A stretch of 42,087 nucleotides of DNA from NCBI RefSeq assembly GCF_006345805.1, contig NW_021835159.1, positions 1 to 42,087 of the forward strand, read 5' to 3'. Made by a program: the position numbers and the translations under genes. Of this stretch, positions 1-12,821 are shown piece after piece. The DNA is from Octopus sinensis (lineage: Eukaryota). Within the stretch, counting starts at the first letter, position 1; each line of letters opens with the position of its first letter. The notes beneath the pieces are model-generated. The model saw only the letters and a program-made list of their open reading frames with translations, was not told the origin of the DNA and made no database searches.

Positions 1-440
1 CGACAACAAAATTTAGATTCGCTTCTAAATCTAAATATATCAAAATAAACAAACCTTATTTCTGCAACAAATATTCCCATCGTCATAACAAAACATTCTG
101 TATAATCGGCAACAACTGAAAATTATCCGTGTGAAAATCCAAGACGAGTAGCCGCCCTTGGATAACACGTTTTTGTATTAAGTTCAATATTTCTCACAAA
201 CCCAGCTTAAAGTAAGCGAACCGTTGTCAATGGCAACATTACGTCAGAAATAGAATCGCTTGACGCATGCGTATTCCACAATCTTAATATCGTCTGCTAC
301 AAACCTCGACAAGACAAAACAGGTCAACATATTTGTTCCACTGCTGACATTGAAAATTCATAAAGAAATTCAGTGGAAAATTACAGTTTATTAGCATTGA
401 ATGTTGTAGAGGGATTTTTTTTAAATTAATAATTCTACAG

Positions 441-490
441 AAAATAAGAAGACATACAAAATGTTTTTCGTGGTTCTGTCGACAGACACG
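441..490 (+). other. Candidate 50-nt micro-exon of an unidentified plus-strand transcript
   Basis: Flanked by T-rich ...ttctacag acceptor and consensus gtaagt donor; one frame open (NKKTYKMFFVVLSTDT). No homology recognised. Confidence 0.25.
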
Positions 491-557
491 GTAAGTAGAA
501 TCTTTTACAATTATAAGTTTGAAACTAGAGCAATCCAAGTTACATTGATTTTGATGT

Positions 558-753
558 CCTTCAATTTTTGATGACTTTTGTTGAAGAAATAAAAATCTGA
601 ATAAGAGAAATCACTTTTATTCACTTTATGAACTGCTCTCATTAATATGGAACATCTCATCTATAATAGTTTAAATACAGAAATCTTTCTATGAGAATGT
701 GATACAATATGTGTTAAGTAGAACATCATGAAACAAATAGTCTATTATCGAAG
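558..753 (+). repeat. 196-bp direct repeat, copy 1 (copy 2 at 2289-2484)
   Basis: ccttcaatttttgatga...tctattatcgaag aligns ungapped to 2289-2484 with scattered substitutions. Confidence 0.9.
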
Positions 754-1178
754 GTTGGGCAAATATAATTTCATTGCAGACAACTCCCTTACAACCTGTT
801 ATCGTAGCTGATATGTCGAACGAATAAATAATTTTCTGCTCTACCTCTGTGAAGTTGGAATAGCAATTTCTCTGATAAAAAATGAAACATTTTATTTCAC
901 AATTCAAAAAAGCATGTTCAGAATGAGTGCTTCGGTAACTAATACATACCAATACTATACAAATATGTATATTAGTGAGAGAATGTATGCAGGTGAAATA
1001 ATTACCTGTAAATTGAGATTGAGGAAACCTAAAGATAGTGCTTTCGTCTTATAATGGGAAACTTCCCAAATTCTCTGTTGTATTCAGTCGAATTTTTACA
1101 TCTTGTCTGTGAAATGAGAAACACATTTAACTCTTCCAAACTTTGTTCACAAAAGTGTAAAATATGAAAACTTTCTGC

Positions 1179-1204
1179 TGTATGTATGTATGTATGTATG
1201 TATG

Positions 1205-1238
<34 letters not shown>

Positions 1239-1675
1239 TGTATGTATGTATGTATGTATGTATGTATGCATGTGTGTGTGTATATATATATAATTGTTAT
1301 GTATATATACGCCTCCTTCTCAAATCAGGGATACAACATATAGATACACTGCAACACAATTACTTTTCCTCAACAGGCCCAGGCTTATTTAACATTGTCT
1401 CAAATCTAAAAGAAGGTACGTAATAATCCTTTCATTTCAGGAGCACACACACACTTCCCCTGCACACGTCTCTGTTTTGTGAATGTAGGTATGAAGTTAT
1501 GTACTTATACAGTTTATGCGTGTGTGCTTGTATATACACACAACACAACACAAACGTGTAGTTATACATTTACATACATATATACATTCATACTTATGGA
1601 TATATATATATACATATATATTATAATATATACCTATTTATTTATACCTGCTTGCATATATGTATATATAAATAT

Positions 1676-1710
<35 letters not shown>

Positions 1711-1761
1711 CATACAATATATATACATAATATATATACATACATACACATACACACACAC

Positions 1762-1841
<80 letters not shown>

Positions 1842-1856
1842 CATATATGAATATAT

Positions 1857-1924
<68 letters not shown>

Positions 1925-1950
1925 CATATATGAATTATATATATATATGC
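1179..1950. repeat. Microsatellite cluster: (TATG)n at 1179-1268 and (TA)n/(CA)n at ~1560-1950
   Basis: Directly visible; explains the Y/I/M/V/C-rich ORFs here. Confidence 0.95.
1377..1415 (+). other. Candidate 39-nt phase 1-1 micro-exon ([14 protein letters not shown])
   Basis: ttttcctcaacag acceptor, gtacgt donor, length divisible by 3, open in phase 1. No homology recognised. Confidence 0.3.
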
Positions 1951-2288
1951 TAGCAGGTATAAATAAATGGCCCCTTCCCAATTGAGGGATACAACGTATA
2001 AATACACTGCAGCACAATTTGTCTTCCTCAACATATGACACCCCCAGAAAATGTTTGTGACAAAATACGACAGAAATTGGATTCACCTCAATATACGTCA
2101 TTGATTGGTTGAAATTGCCGAAATGCAAGAAATTAAAGATCAAATAGCTTACAAACTACCGAATTTTCTCAAGAAACCAAGAGAAAAAGATGTTTTCTGT
2201 AACACACTACCAGTATACGAAGTTTTAAGTGTTTAGTTACAAAGAAATTATTTTAAAAATCTGCCGGTCAAAGTGAAAAGATCCCTTT

Positions 2289-2484
2289 CCTTCAATTTTT
2301 GATGAATGTTCGTGAAGAAAGAGAAATCGGAATAAGTAAAATCACCTTTATTCACTTTATAAACTGGTCTCATTAATATGGAACATCTCATCTATAATAA
2401 TTTAAATACAGAAATCTTTCTATGAGAATGTGATACAATATGTGTTAAGTAGACCATCATAAAACAAATAGTCTACTATCGAAG
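2289..2484 (+). repeat. 196-bp direct repeat, copy 2
   Basis: Matches 558-753. Confidence 0.9.
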
Positions 2485-2835
2485 TCCATCAGCATATAGT
2501 ATATTTCTATAACAAACTGTGTTTTTATGATATATCATAACATCACTGATTGTATATGAATGCTTGTGTGTTTATATATGAATTCATGCATGTACATATC
2601 TGCACAAACACACACTCACATACACACACGCACACACACAAACACGCAAACAAACACTCACGCACATATAAATATTCATATACATATATTCATACATAGA
2701 AATATACGTACGTAGCTACGAAAGGACGTTCATATATACATACATATATACACACATACATACATTCATACATACATACATACATACATACATACATACA
2801 TACATACCATACGTACATACATACGTACAAAACTA

Positions 2836-3017
2836 CCCTGCTGTTGATGTTGAAATTACAATGAAGGAGTCTTGAATCTAGGTTATAATACTGAACATTG
2901 ACATAAATACAAATGTGAATTTGTATGTGTTGTCTACATCCCAAAGATGGAGCCTTGTATCTCTGTTGGAAACCGTTTCTCTCCTCAGTGGAAGACTTAT
3001 AATAATTAAAAAATAGA
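2836..3017 (+). mobile_element. 5'-truncated 3' end of an R4-clade LINE, embedded in (TACA)n
   Basis: 2957-3017 matches 6075-6135 (gtatct.tgttggaaaccg...cctcagtggaaga.ttataataattaaaaaataga). (TACA)n arrays on both sides (~2690-2830, ~3022-3228). Confidence 0.75.
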
Positions 3018-3279
3018 AGAGGCATACATACATAAATACATACATACATACACACATGAATACATGCATACATACATACATACACACATGCATACATGCA
3101 TACATACATACATACATACATACATACATAGATACACACATGCATATGTACATACATACACACACGCATACATACACACATACACACATACATACACACA
3201 CGCGCATACATACATACAAACATACATAATGGCGCTGTCAGCACCGGACGTGCAGGTGTAGAAGACCATTCATAATGTC

Positions 3280-6135
3280 TGTTTTGAACGCCTTCTTTTA
3301 GAAATATGCCGACTTCTCCGAATTAAATCGCTTACTGGACTATTTCTCCAATAATTAATAAGATAAACATCTTTTACTCACCAACGTAGCGTCATGCTGC
3401 ACATATTTTAATATATAAATTTTCACCAAGTAGAATCTCGCTAACACGATTATAGATGAAACTAACACCACCAATGAAAATACAATTATTTCACCAGTGA
3501 GTAATTTAAGAAGACGTAAGGACTCTTTTCATTTTACTTGTACCCAGCAACTAAACTAAGATTTACTTCGCTGCTATGAAAAAGCTGGACATGACCCTTC
3601 AATCGGATACATGAAGCGATTAAAACAAAACTGGGGTGAAGCTCATCCCAACTTAAATGCCTTCGCAGCGAAATAACTTCGACAGCAAGCATCTTTTGTA
3701 AAAAAAAAAAACATCATCTGAACCTTGATCCTCCCAAAACACTGAGAATGGGACAAAATCTGCCATAAGTGGCGTTAAAAATAATGTAAACAAACCATCG
3801 CTAAATTCGAGCGTATCTCCAACCTTGGCAGACACAAGAGCGAAGACTGCGGAATACGACCAACTCAAGAACATTTTAAAGTTACAATTCGCAAAACATT
3901 TTGCTACTTTCTCGAAGTTTTCGTTGAGCAGCAGACTATTCCGATCGACAGTCAGAAAAACTCCGACCGATCTAATGTTTAAAGTTATCAACGATGTCCC
4001 CGTAGATAACATGGAATCACGTGAAGTTAATTACTGGAATATAAATAATCTTATATATACACAGCCGCTTTTACTCTTCAAGAACACCTAGGAGAAATCT
4101 ACAGTAAAAAATAACGAAATTACTAAACTGAAACGACCTAGATGGAAAACAAAACTTGAAGAACAAAACTTGAGTCGAACAACATTGTGACTGATGAACA
4201 GGCTGGCGGAAAGGACGGGATGTAGGGATGTGGCGAACAACTTTTAACAAAGAAAGCTGTACTGTCTGAAGTACGAAAAAAGCGTAGAAAGTCTTGTGAC
4301 AGTATAGCTTGACTGTAAGAAGGCAATCGGCTCTATCCCTCATTCATGGCTATTGAAGTGCTTGCACCAAGCAAAAGTACTTACCACCCTAATTTTTGCT
4401 ATAGAGAGACTCACAAAGACATGGAAAATAGTTCTCATCCTTCTTTCCAACTGAGAACAGAATAATTGTTCCAGATAGTGCAGGCATCTTAAAAGGAATA
4501 TTTCAGGGAGATGGTTTTTCTGTATTCACTTTCAATATGGCACTGAATCCATTATTGTTCCTACTGCAGAAAACAAATGGTTACATGCCAGGACCTTCAA
4601 CTGCCAGAAATATCAATGTAACTCATAATTACTTTGTAGACAAGCTCAAAATTTATGCTAAAAGTGTTAACAATACCAAAAAACAAATGGAATTAATAAC
4701 ATTTTCAGCTGTTATAGACATGGAATTTGGCCGAAAGAAATGTTCATATTTGGTTTTAAAACGAGGAAAGTCAGTCCCCAAACCCAAAACCTGTGCATCA
4801 ACGGTCCTCTGTCTCCCCAATTCCGCACAAAAACGAAAATGTATCATATGAAGGCACTGTGAATAAAGATAGAGTGGCCCGAGAATATTACACTCTCCTC
4901 ATATAACAAAGCATTATCCCACAATGCAGAGCTGATCCCAACATTTGGGATACTTGATTGGTCTGTAGAGGAAATCCGCTCCATAGATATCAAAACCCGC
5001 AAAATCCTGACAACAAGTGGGTAGCTCCACAGAAACAGTGATGTTTACACGCTCTACCTAAGAAGAAATGAAGGTAGTAGAGGCCTGAGATCAGAGCAGA
5101 CGGACTTCGAATGAATGCCGTTTGGTATCACACTCAGGCAACACCTGTTGAACAACAGCAGTAAAAATAAATGTGTAAATGCAGTGCTGAAAAGTTAAGT
5201 GAGGATCATTGTACGAGTTGGCAGTGAACTCCTCAAGAAACACACTTTCCCTGATGATCTCCTATACAGCTCAAAAACTGATGGGCTCTCTCACCTAAAA
5301 GAAGGCCTGGATGGAAAGCACTCAGCATACACAAAAAGAAGTCTATGCATGGATATGCTGCCGGAAACTTGAAATCAGTAGAACTGACATCAAGTGCAGC
5401 CTTTCTTGAACACAAGACTAGTACATCACATCACACTTTGAAGGCTATCGTTTGCAATCCAGGAAAAGGAGATTGGCACAACGTACCTGGTGAACAATAG
5501 AGACAGTGACGCTCTTTTAACCCCAAGGTGCGGCCGCACATGTAGGTTACGTCATGTTTCTGTGATTAGCTGCTGTCCTAAAATGTCGTCACGTTACTAC
5601 CTCCCAATGCGGCTCTACGTTGTTACTAAAACTATTTACAATGCCATCCGCAAAATAAGACATGTCATGAAATAATCTTAGAAAATCTCCCTGTTATGGA
5701 ATCCATTCATAAGCAGCAACTCAAGGAATACTGGTTGAATATTCCCATCAACACTCCTGTCAAATTAGGCTTAAATGGCCGGATATTGTCGATTGGGACA
5801 GGGGGGCAAATGTATGTACCATCACAGAGGTCAGCCGCCCTGCAGATGTAGATATCGCTTTCAAAATAAAAGAAAAAGAAGATATCTATGGACAGCTGTT
5901 TCGAAACCTCCAGCTTCTTTATCCAGATTGTGAATTCATATTCATACCAATGATAATTCGGGCACAAGGTTTTGGTAGTAAAGGCTTAAAGGAGAATCTG
6001 AATAAACTGGGATTCTGAAAAGAGAAATCGACCGACTAATTCGTACATTGTAACTGCAATTTTTGAGTGGAACAGTATCTTTGTTGGAAACCGGTTCCCT
6101 CCTCAGTGGAAGATTTATAATAATTAAAAAATAGA
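3280..6135 (+). mobile_element. Decayed R4/Dong-clade non-LTR retrotransposon (RT, zinc knuckle, restriction-like endonuclease)
   Basis: Broken frames give IGYMKRLKQNWGEAHP (3602), RT motif GIFQGDGFS...MALNPLL and THNYFVDKLKIYAK (4494-4660), CGRTCRL...SCCPKMSSRYYLP, and REL motifs PDIVDWDR and ITEVSRPADVDIAFKIKEKEDIYG. Many stops and frameshifts. 5' boundary approximate. Confidence 0.85.
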
Positions 6136-6204
6136 ACAGATAGACAGACAGAAACAATATAGAAATGAAATGATAGATAGGCTACAATATCCTTTGCTCT
6201 TCAT

Positions 6205-7275
6205 CATCATCTGACGTCCTTGTCCCATGCTTTCATGCAGTGAATACTTCGATGGGTCCCAAGGATGACAGAGGGCTACGCCTAGCTCTGCTATCTGCTT
6301 TGGCATGATTTCTAGAGTAGGCTGCCCTTCTTAACGTCAACCGCTTTACAATGTTTACTAGGCGCTTTTGTTGTGACACCAGCATTAGAGAACGCTCAAT
6401 TGTGTGGGTGTACATTATTGAGGGATATGAATGTATAATAGAGAGAGAGGAACAAGTATCTTGCTGAAGAGGTTGAATAGATGGCTTCACTAGCTGAAAG
6501 AGAGAGAGAGAGAAAGGGAGAGGGCGTGAGAAAGAGGAGAGAAAGGTGGATAGAGATAGGGAAAGAGAGATTGTGAGGGCATACCTTCAATGAACAAAAT
6601 AGTTCTGAGAGAGAATACAGATAAATGAACAGAAAAAGGTGGATGAGTGGGATTTAGGTAACTTCGCTAGAGTGTAAAAAGAGTTTGACAGATGATTAGA
6701 GGTAGGGTTACATGAATATCAGTTTGGTGAGGTAAGGTGATGTAAATAGAAGGGGAGGAGTCAATCATGACGGACTGTATTAGGGACACAATATGCAGGA
6801 TAAAGGATAAATGAGATTAGTTACAGCACCTGAGTGAGTAGTATCACAGTTTCAAAATTGACGCGAACATGATCGTTAGAAGAGGAATTATTGAGTTCAG
6901 CTTAACCGAATCTCATTCTTGCTGAGATGGTTGGGTCTTCTCAAATGCAACACATCACCATTCATCTCTCATCTCCGCAGGGTTTAACATGCTGAGGCCG
7001 GGCTTCACTATTTCACAGACATGTTTCATCCAAATAAGGCGGTTGCTACGTCTTTGTGCAGCTGTTTTTCTCATCTGTATTCTATGACTTCACCAGCTCA
7101 GTCCTCTCTCTTGCGCACTTCTAATGACTCTTATGCCAATTATTTTTTCTCTCATCACATTGTTTCCGTACATTTACACTCACTTTGTACATCCAGCAGA
7201 GCCTGCAAGCTTCCTTTCATTCTACACTTTAAATGTACCTGAATTCTTGACACAAATTTCACAAAGTCCATCAAT
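6205..7275 (-). mobile_element. RTE-clade LINE 3' portion with long (CT)n-containing 3' UTR and (GAT)n tail
   Basis: Reverse strand of 6935-7275 gives decayed RTE C-terminal motifs (LGIRVIRSAQERGL...RDEW...EKT). 6205-6930 aligns in patches to 16937-17720 in opposite orientation; catcatcat tail at ~6205. Confidence 0.7.
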
Positions 7276-7857
7276 GCTTAAATCCTTCAGCTAGAACCTG
7301 CATGGTTTAAAGTATAATGACTATTACACATATAGCCTAGCAGTTTATGACGTCATAAATAGAACACCTAATCTTGCGAGAAATGCTCCTTCATTGTAAA
7401 GAAATCATTTTAACTAACTTTAAAAATCACAAGTCATAATGATAATTTGTATTTGCAAAATGGAAAAATAAATTTTACCTGAGCCATCAACCAATGGTTA
7501 TACATTTAAGAAATATTATGAAATAATAAACACAAATTACTGATATTTCGCCATAAGTACCAACGACTAAACGATACTTTCTATATGTTAGGCATGTCTC
7601 CCACATTTGGCTCGTCACGATTCATAAGATAAATGAAGTAATGTGTTGATATAGAGTATTAGCATAATGTCAAATGTGACAACCAAGATATAACATCGTG
7701 ACCAGAGTTTGAGTGTGCATAGACATAAGAATTACATACTTGCACTTATGTTCTGTATGAACGTTTCATACACATACACACACACACACACACATGCACA
7801 CGCACACACACACACACACACACAAGCATACACACACACACACACATAAATTTATAA

Positions 7858-8230
7858 GTCGAGCTGGCAGAAACGACAGCACGCCGGGTGAAATGCGTAG
7901 CCGTATTTCGTCTGCCGTTACGTTCTGAGTTCAAATTCCGCCGAAGTCGACTTTGCCTTTCATCCTTCCGGGGTTGATTAAATAAATACCAGTTACGCAC
8001 TGGGGTCGATATAATCGACTTAATCCGTTTCTCTGTCCTTGTTTGTCCTCTGTGTTTAGCCCCTTGTGGGTAGTAAAGAAATAGGTATTTTGTCTGTCTT
8101 CGCGCTCTGAATTCAAATTCCGCCGAGATCGACTTTGCCTTTCATCTCTTCTGGGTCGAGAAATTAAGTACCAGTTACGTACTGGGTCGATCTTATCGCC
8201 TGGACCCTTTCCCCAAAATTTCGGGTCTTT
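7858..8230 (+). mobile_element. tRNA-derived SINE, two tandem head/core units
   Basis: A-box-like gagctggcagaa, B-box-like ctgagttcaaattcc; core gtcgactttgcctttcatcc repeated at 7946 and ~8127. Confidence 0.8.
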
Positions 8231-8249
8231 TATATATATATAAAGTTTT

Positions 8250-8455
8250 TTTACTTGTTACAGTCCTTTGACTGAGTCATGCTGTAGCACCACCTTCAGT
8301 AGAAAAATTCGACCTCAGGACTTATTCTTTGTAGTTCAATTGTAGCTCAAGTTCAATTCTATCGGTGCCTTTTGTCGATGCGCTAACTTACGAGGACGTA
8401 AACACGCAAACGTCGTTTGTGAATCGGAGGTGGTGGGACAAACACAAATACACAA
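8250..8455 (-). mobile_element. SINE 3' segment, reverse orientation
   Basis: Reverse complement resembles the gcagtc.aatgactga tail also seen at 10400-10437 and 29873-29910. Confidence 0.6.
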
Positions 8456-8562
8456 ATACATACGCACTTAATATATATATATAATATATATATATGTATA
8501 ATATATATATATATTATATATATATATATTATATACACATACATACATATATATATATATAC

Positions 8563-8602
<40 letters not shown>

Positions 8603-8606
<4 letters not shown>

Positions 8607-8837
8607 TAAGCAATAAGGGTTTAGCAACGAGTTGCCTTACCACATACCGAATTTAGAAATAGCAGTCAAAGGGTTATAGCTATTTCTTCTACTAAAAAGG
8701 GAGATCTCAGTAAAAAAAATGCTGTTTTTACTGAGATCTCCCTTTTTAGTAGAAGAAATAGCTATAACCTTTGACTGCTATTTCTAAATTCGGTATGTGG
8801 TAAGGCAACTCGTTGCTAAACCCTTATTGCTTAGTAT
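8603..8837. repeat. Near-perfect foldback palindrome (114/113-bp arms, 8-nt loop)
   Basis: 8603-8716 is the reverse complement of 8725-8837 except one extra G in the left arm (gtcaaagggtt vs gtcaaaggtt). Confidence 0.97.
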
Positions 8838-8938
8838 TACTTAAATTTTCCTCGAATGAGGCTTTTACATGCCGAAGACTACTTGGTGTAATTGATAATT
8901 TTTCCAAATTAATTAATTTCACCCTTCATTATTACGGA

Positions 8939-8975
<37 letters not shown>

Positions 8976-8984
8976 GACGTGTTT

Positions 8985-9115
8985 CTTTAAATTTCCATCT
9001 ACGAAATCCACTCACAAGTCTTTGGTCAGCCCGAGGCTATAGCAGAAGACACCTGCCCAAATGCCACGCAGAGGGTCTCAAACCGGCAAGTTTCTTACCA
9101 CACAACCATACCTGC
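8985..9115 (-). mobile_element. tRNA-derived SINE (family also at 13955, 21900, 26436, 36110, 40590)
   Basis: Reverse complement reads aggtatggttgtgtggtaagaa...tatagcctcgggctgaccaaag..gagtggattt.gtagatggaaa. Confidence 0.75.
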
Positions 9116-9119
9116 GCGC

Positions 9120-9155
<36 letters not shown>

Positions 9156-9158
9156 ATA

Positions 9159-10052
9159 CGAGGTGATATAAAAAAAATTCCCCGGACTAGTTCTGCGGCG
9201 TGCCAAAAGATGGCAACATATGATTGCGTGTGCAGTGAATGCTAGCAGTGACCTCCACGAAGCGGTGTTCCGAATGAATTCGCCGTGTTCACATCTGTAT
9301 TTTTTTATGGAATTTTTTTATGCTGTAGTCTGCGATTTTGTCAGGATCAAGGAGACACAATGAAATTTTGCGTTAAACTTGAGAAGTCGGTTACAGAGGC
9401 ATTGACCATACTTCGGCAAGTTTACAGCGATGAGGAAATGGGTCCTAAGCAATGTTTGGTGTGGCACGGGCGCTTCAAAAGCGGAAAGACCTGCGTGGAA
9501 GATGATAATTGATTTGGAAGACCTACCACGAGTGTCAAACCCGGAAAATTTGGTCTTGGGAATTCCTCCTCCAGTGACAGACTGTCAATCGGGAGTTCTA
9601 CGGCGCTGTTTTGAAACATTTGTGGGAAGAGATTCGGCGAAAGTGATCGGATCTATGAAGCGTGAAGAATTATATTCTTCACAATGATAAGGGCACCCAT
9701 CACCGAGATCTCCTCGCTCGTGAGCTCTCGCCAAAATCAAAATGGTATCACTTTCTCACCCATCTTATTCGCCTGATTTAGCACATGCGGACTTTACTCA
9801 CTTCTCCAGTCTCAAAATGCAGCTCAACGGTCGGCGTTTTAACACCGTTGTCGAGATCAAGAGTGAATCACAGAAGGTCCTCGAGTCACGGAAAACGACT
9901 TATAGGTCGAATTCCAAAAGTGAGAGAAACACTTTTGGTGGTGTAGTGCTGTGCAAGGTGACTGTTTTGAAAAAGATTATGTTAAAACTGAAGTAAACAA
10001 GTGATTTTTTTTTTAAACATAACGAGGCCGGGAATTTGTGATACCAACTTCG
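9159..10052 (+). mobile_element. Internally deleted mariner-family DNA transposon
   Basis: TA flanks, imperfect TIRs (cgaggtgatat...ttccccgg / ccgggaattt...cttcg); transposase fragments MKFCVKLEKSVTEALTILRQVY and HPSYSPDLAHADF (YSPDL motif). Confidence 0.85.
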
Positions 10053-10435
10053 TATATATCGGTGCAAGCGTGACTGTGTTGTAAAAGGTTTGTTTCCCAA
10101 CAACATAGTTGTACTTCCAGTCCCATTGTGTGCTGCCTCCTATAATAGCCTCCGGTCGACCACACAGTTGTTGTTGGATGCAGTAGGCGGACAAATCATA
10201 AATATATGTATATTTACGTGTGCGCGCGCGCGTGCGTATGTGTGTGTGCGTGTTTGTGTGCGCGTGTGATCCCCACCATGTGCTTAGAACCGGTTTAAAA
10301 GCTTTACCTTCTCGCAACAGCAGTTCGGTAAAAAAATAGATGAGGTTTTATCAAAAATAAATGTTTGCGCTCGATTCGTTTGTGTACATTTCCTCAAGGC
10401 AGTACTCCAATATGGCCGCAGTCGAATGACTGACA

Positions 10436-10479
<44 letters not shown>

Positions 10480-10799
10480 TGGTGTGTGCGTGTGTCTGTG
10501 TCTGTGTGTGTGTGTGTGTGTGTGTGTATCAGTGTGTGTTTATCACGAAAATGCTGGATATGTAACACAACCAAATCTTTGTTATGAGAAACTTATGTTA
10601 GGCTGTGAATAAAAAAAATATGTGGCATGCATTCTTTTGCTAAGAGTATTGGTTTCAAATTCTCTTTCCAGCTGGTGAAGACATATATACACCTCTTCAG
10701 TAAGGTACCTCTTGCTGTGTCTCTATCATACCGTATGATACCCCTCAATGGTGTACCACACATCTCCTGCCACTGCTAATTAATTCTTCTAAATAACAG

Positions 10800-11065
10800 A
10801 TTTTCCGGAAGGCGGTGGGTAGATTACATCGACCCCAGTGTCCATCTGGTAGTTATTTAATCGTCCACGAAAGAATGAAAGGAAAAGTCAACCCCAGCGG
10901 CATTTGAACTCAGAACGTGTAATTGGGCAGAAAAACCGCTAAGTACTATTACCAGCGAGAAAAAGTCAAAGTCGACCTCAGCGACAATTTAAACTCGGAA
11001 TGTGAAGACGGAAGAAATTCCGCTAAGGACTTTTGCCGGACGTCCTAATGATTCCGCTAGATTTC
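10800..11065 (-). mobile_element. tRNA-derived SINE, reverse copy of the 7858-8230 family
   Basis: gaaagaatgaaaggaaaagtcaaccccagcggcatttgaactcagaacgt is the reverse complement of the core at 7920-7975; again two units. Confidence 0.8.
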
Positions 11066-11149
11066 TTACGACGGTAAATGAGATGTCTTAGTGAGAAGTA
11101 AATATATAGTGTTTAGTTTAGTGCATTCGATCTTCAACGTGATTCAAGG

Positions 11150-11990
11150 ATCCATAGCCCGATTAATTAGGAATAAAATGAATATAAACAAGATGTTTTT
11201 TGGTTTCATTCGGGCGAGAAGTACTGCTGATCTTCTCTTTATTATGCAGTTAATGCAGAAGAAGTATTTAGTAAAATGTAAAATCCACTACTTTGCATTT
11301 GTCACTCAAAAGAAAGATTTCGGCAGGGATTCCATTCCTTGATGTCGTGGTCGTAGCGGCCGCTTGTAAACAAATGGCTGTTGAGTGTCGTTCAAGACAT
11401 GTACAAATATTTTGTCAGTAAGATGTGAGTTAAGGAACACAATGATGAATTTAGTTTGGATGTAGATGTTCGCCATGTCTCGGTCCTCAGCCTTTTTCTA
11501 TTTACCAATGCTACATGTTTCTGAAACTTGGATCATGTATACAAACACATAAAAAGTAGAGTGAAAGGAAGCTCGCATGCTCTGCTGGATGTGCAAAGCT
11601 GGTTTGCATGTACGACCAAAAATATGTCTTGAGAGAAAGATTACGCATAAAAAGCATTAATGCACAGCAGAGAAGACGGAACTGGTAATGTCATAGGACA
11701 CGGATGAGTGAAAACAGCCGTATAAAGACGTGGCAACCCCTAAAGTTGGATAAAACATTTGGAAGAAAACTCAGCAAGATATGGGATGAAGTGATGTAGA
11801 GTGACTTCAAAATTTTGAACCTTACGGAGAAGATAGGAAACGAACGAGATTAATGGTGATGTGAAGTGCTTGAAGACCACTGCCCCTCAAAGCAGAAATT
11901 AGATCCTGTCATGCCTTACTACACGGTTTATCTAACGGTCATCTTTCTGTCTATCTTGCAACTGTGGTACTATTCGCTCAGGTGACAAAC
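11150..11990 (+). mobile_element. Decayed RTE-clade LINE (RT fragment and C-terminus, internal deletion)
   Basis: GFIRARSTADLLFIMQLMQKKYLVKCKIHYFAFV corresponds to RTE RT GF..GRST.DAIF...QEKY...LY.AFVD; decayed GV.QGS.LS motif at ~11460-11500. 11900-11985 matches 16937-17025. Confidence 0.75.
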
Positions 11991-11999
11991 AAACATTGC

Positions 12000-12590
12000 A
12001 AAGCGTTTAGAGTGGCGTAAAAACCTACAGAATTGGTGCTAGAGCATCCTTTACCTTATTTCCGACCACCGGTTGAGTATACGTGTGAAGAGAGCCAAAA
12101 GAAGCACTTGACCCAGACTGCCTTCTTCCAACTGTTAAATATGGAGGAGGATCTGTGATGATCTGAGATGAGGATGCATCTCTTAAATTCCCAGCCCAAT
12201 TGTTTCCCTTCATGGCAGAATAAATAGTGAAGGCTATTTAAGCATTTTATCTAATCAAAGTCGTCTTATGGTTGCGCAACTGTTTCCTGAGAGAAACGGA
12301 ATCATTCAGGATGATAATGCACCAATTCACACAGCTAAAGTTGTTACTGAATGGCGGGAAAAACATTCTAGTGAAGTTAGTTCATTGGGTCACCAGAGTC
12401 CCCAGATCTCAATATTATTGAGTATTTATTGTGCATTGTATAAAAACATATAAAGAGTCGATATCCCCCACCGTACCGATATCATCACTACAAGAAATGG
12501 AGATTGTTTTAGCTGAGGAATGGAGAAAATTTCCTTTGCGGAAACAATTCAAATTTGTACGAGTCAATACCTCGTAGAATTTAAGAATAT
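12000..12590 (+). mobile_element. Tc1-family transposon, 3' half (beside cassette 1)
   Basis: DPDCLLPTVKYGGGSVMI, IQDDNAPIHTAKVVTEW, SPDLNII motifs; matches 18390-19000. Confidence 0.85.
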
Positions 12591-12661
12591 GAGTGTGTTA
12601 CATAGGTGTTTGTGTATTTACGTATATATACATGTATTTAGACACACACAAACACACACAC

Positions 12662-12704
<43 letters not shown>

Positions 12705-12765
12705 ATATATATTATATATATATATATAATATTTATATATATATATATATATTTATATAATTATA

Positions 12766-12821
<56 letters not shown>

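Noticed and set aside
1029-1130. TRCKNSTEYNREFGKFP as a receptor-phosphatase juxtamembrane exon
   Set aside because: All three frames hit a stop before the nearest good donor; similarity is too vague.
7470-7625. Hydrophobic minus-strand stretch (VVGTYGEISVICVYYFIIFL) as the missing transmembrane exon
   Set aside because: No suitable acceptor, in-frame stop just upstream, and AT-rich DNA readily yields such peptides.
7858-7945. tRNA genes at SINE heads
   Set aside because: Only A/B-box similarity, no cloverleaf, and each continues into a SINE core.
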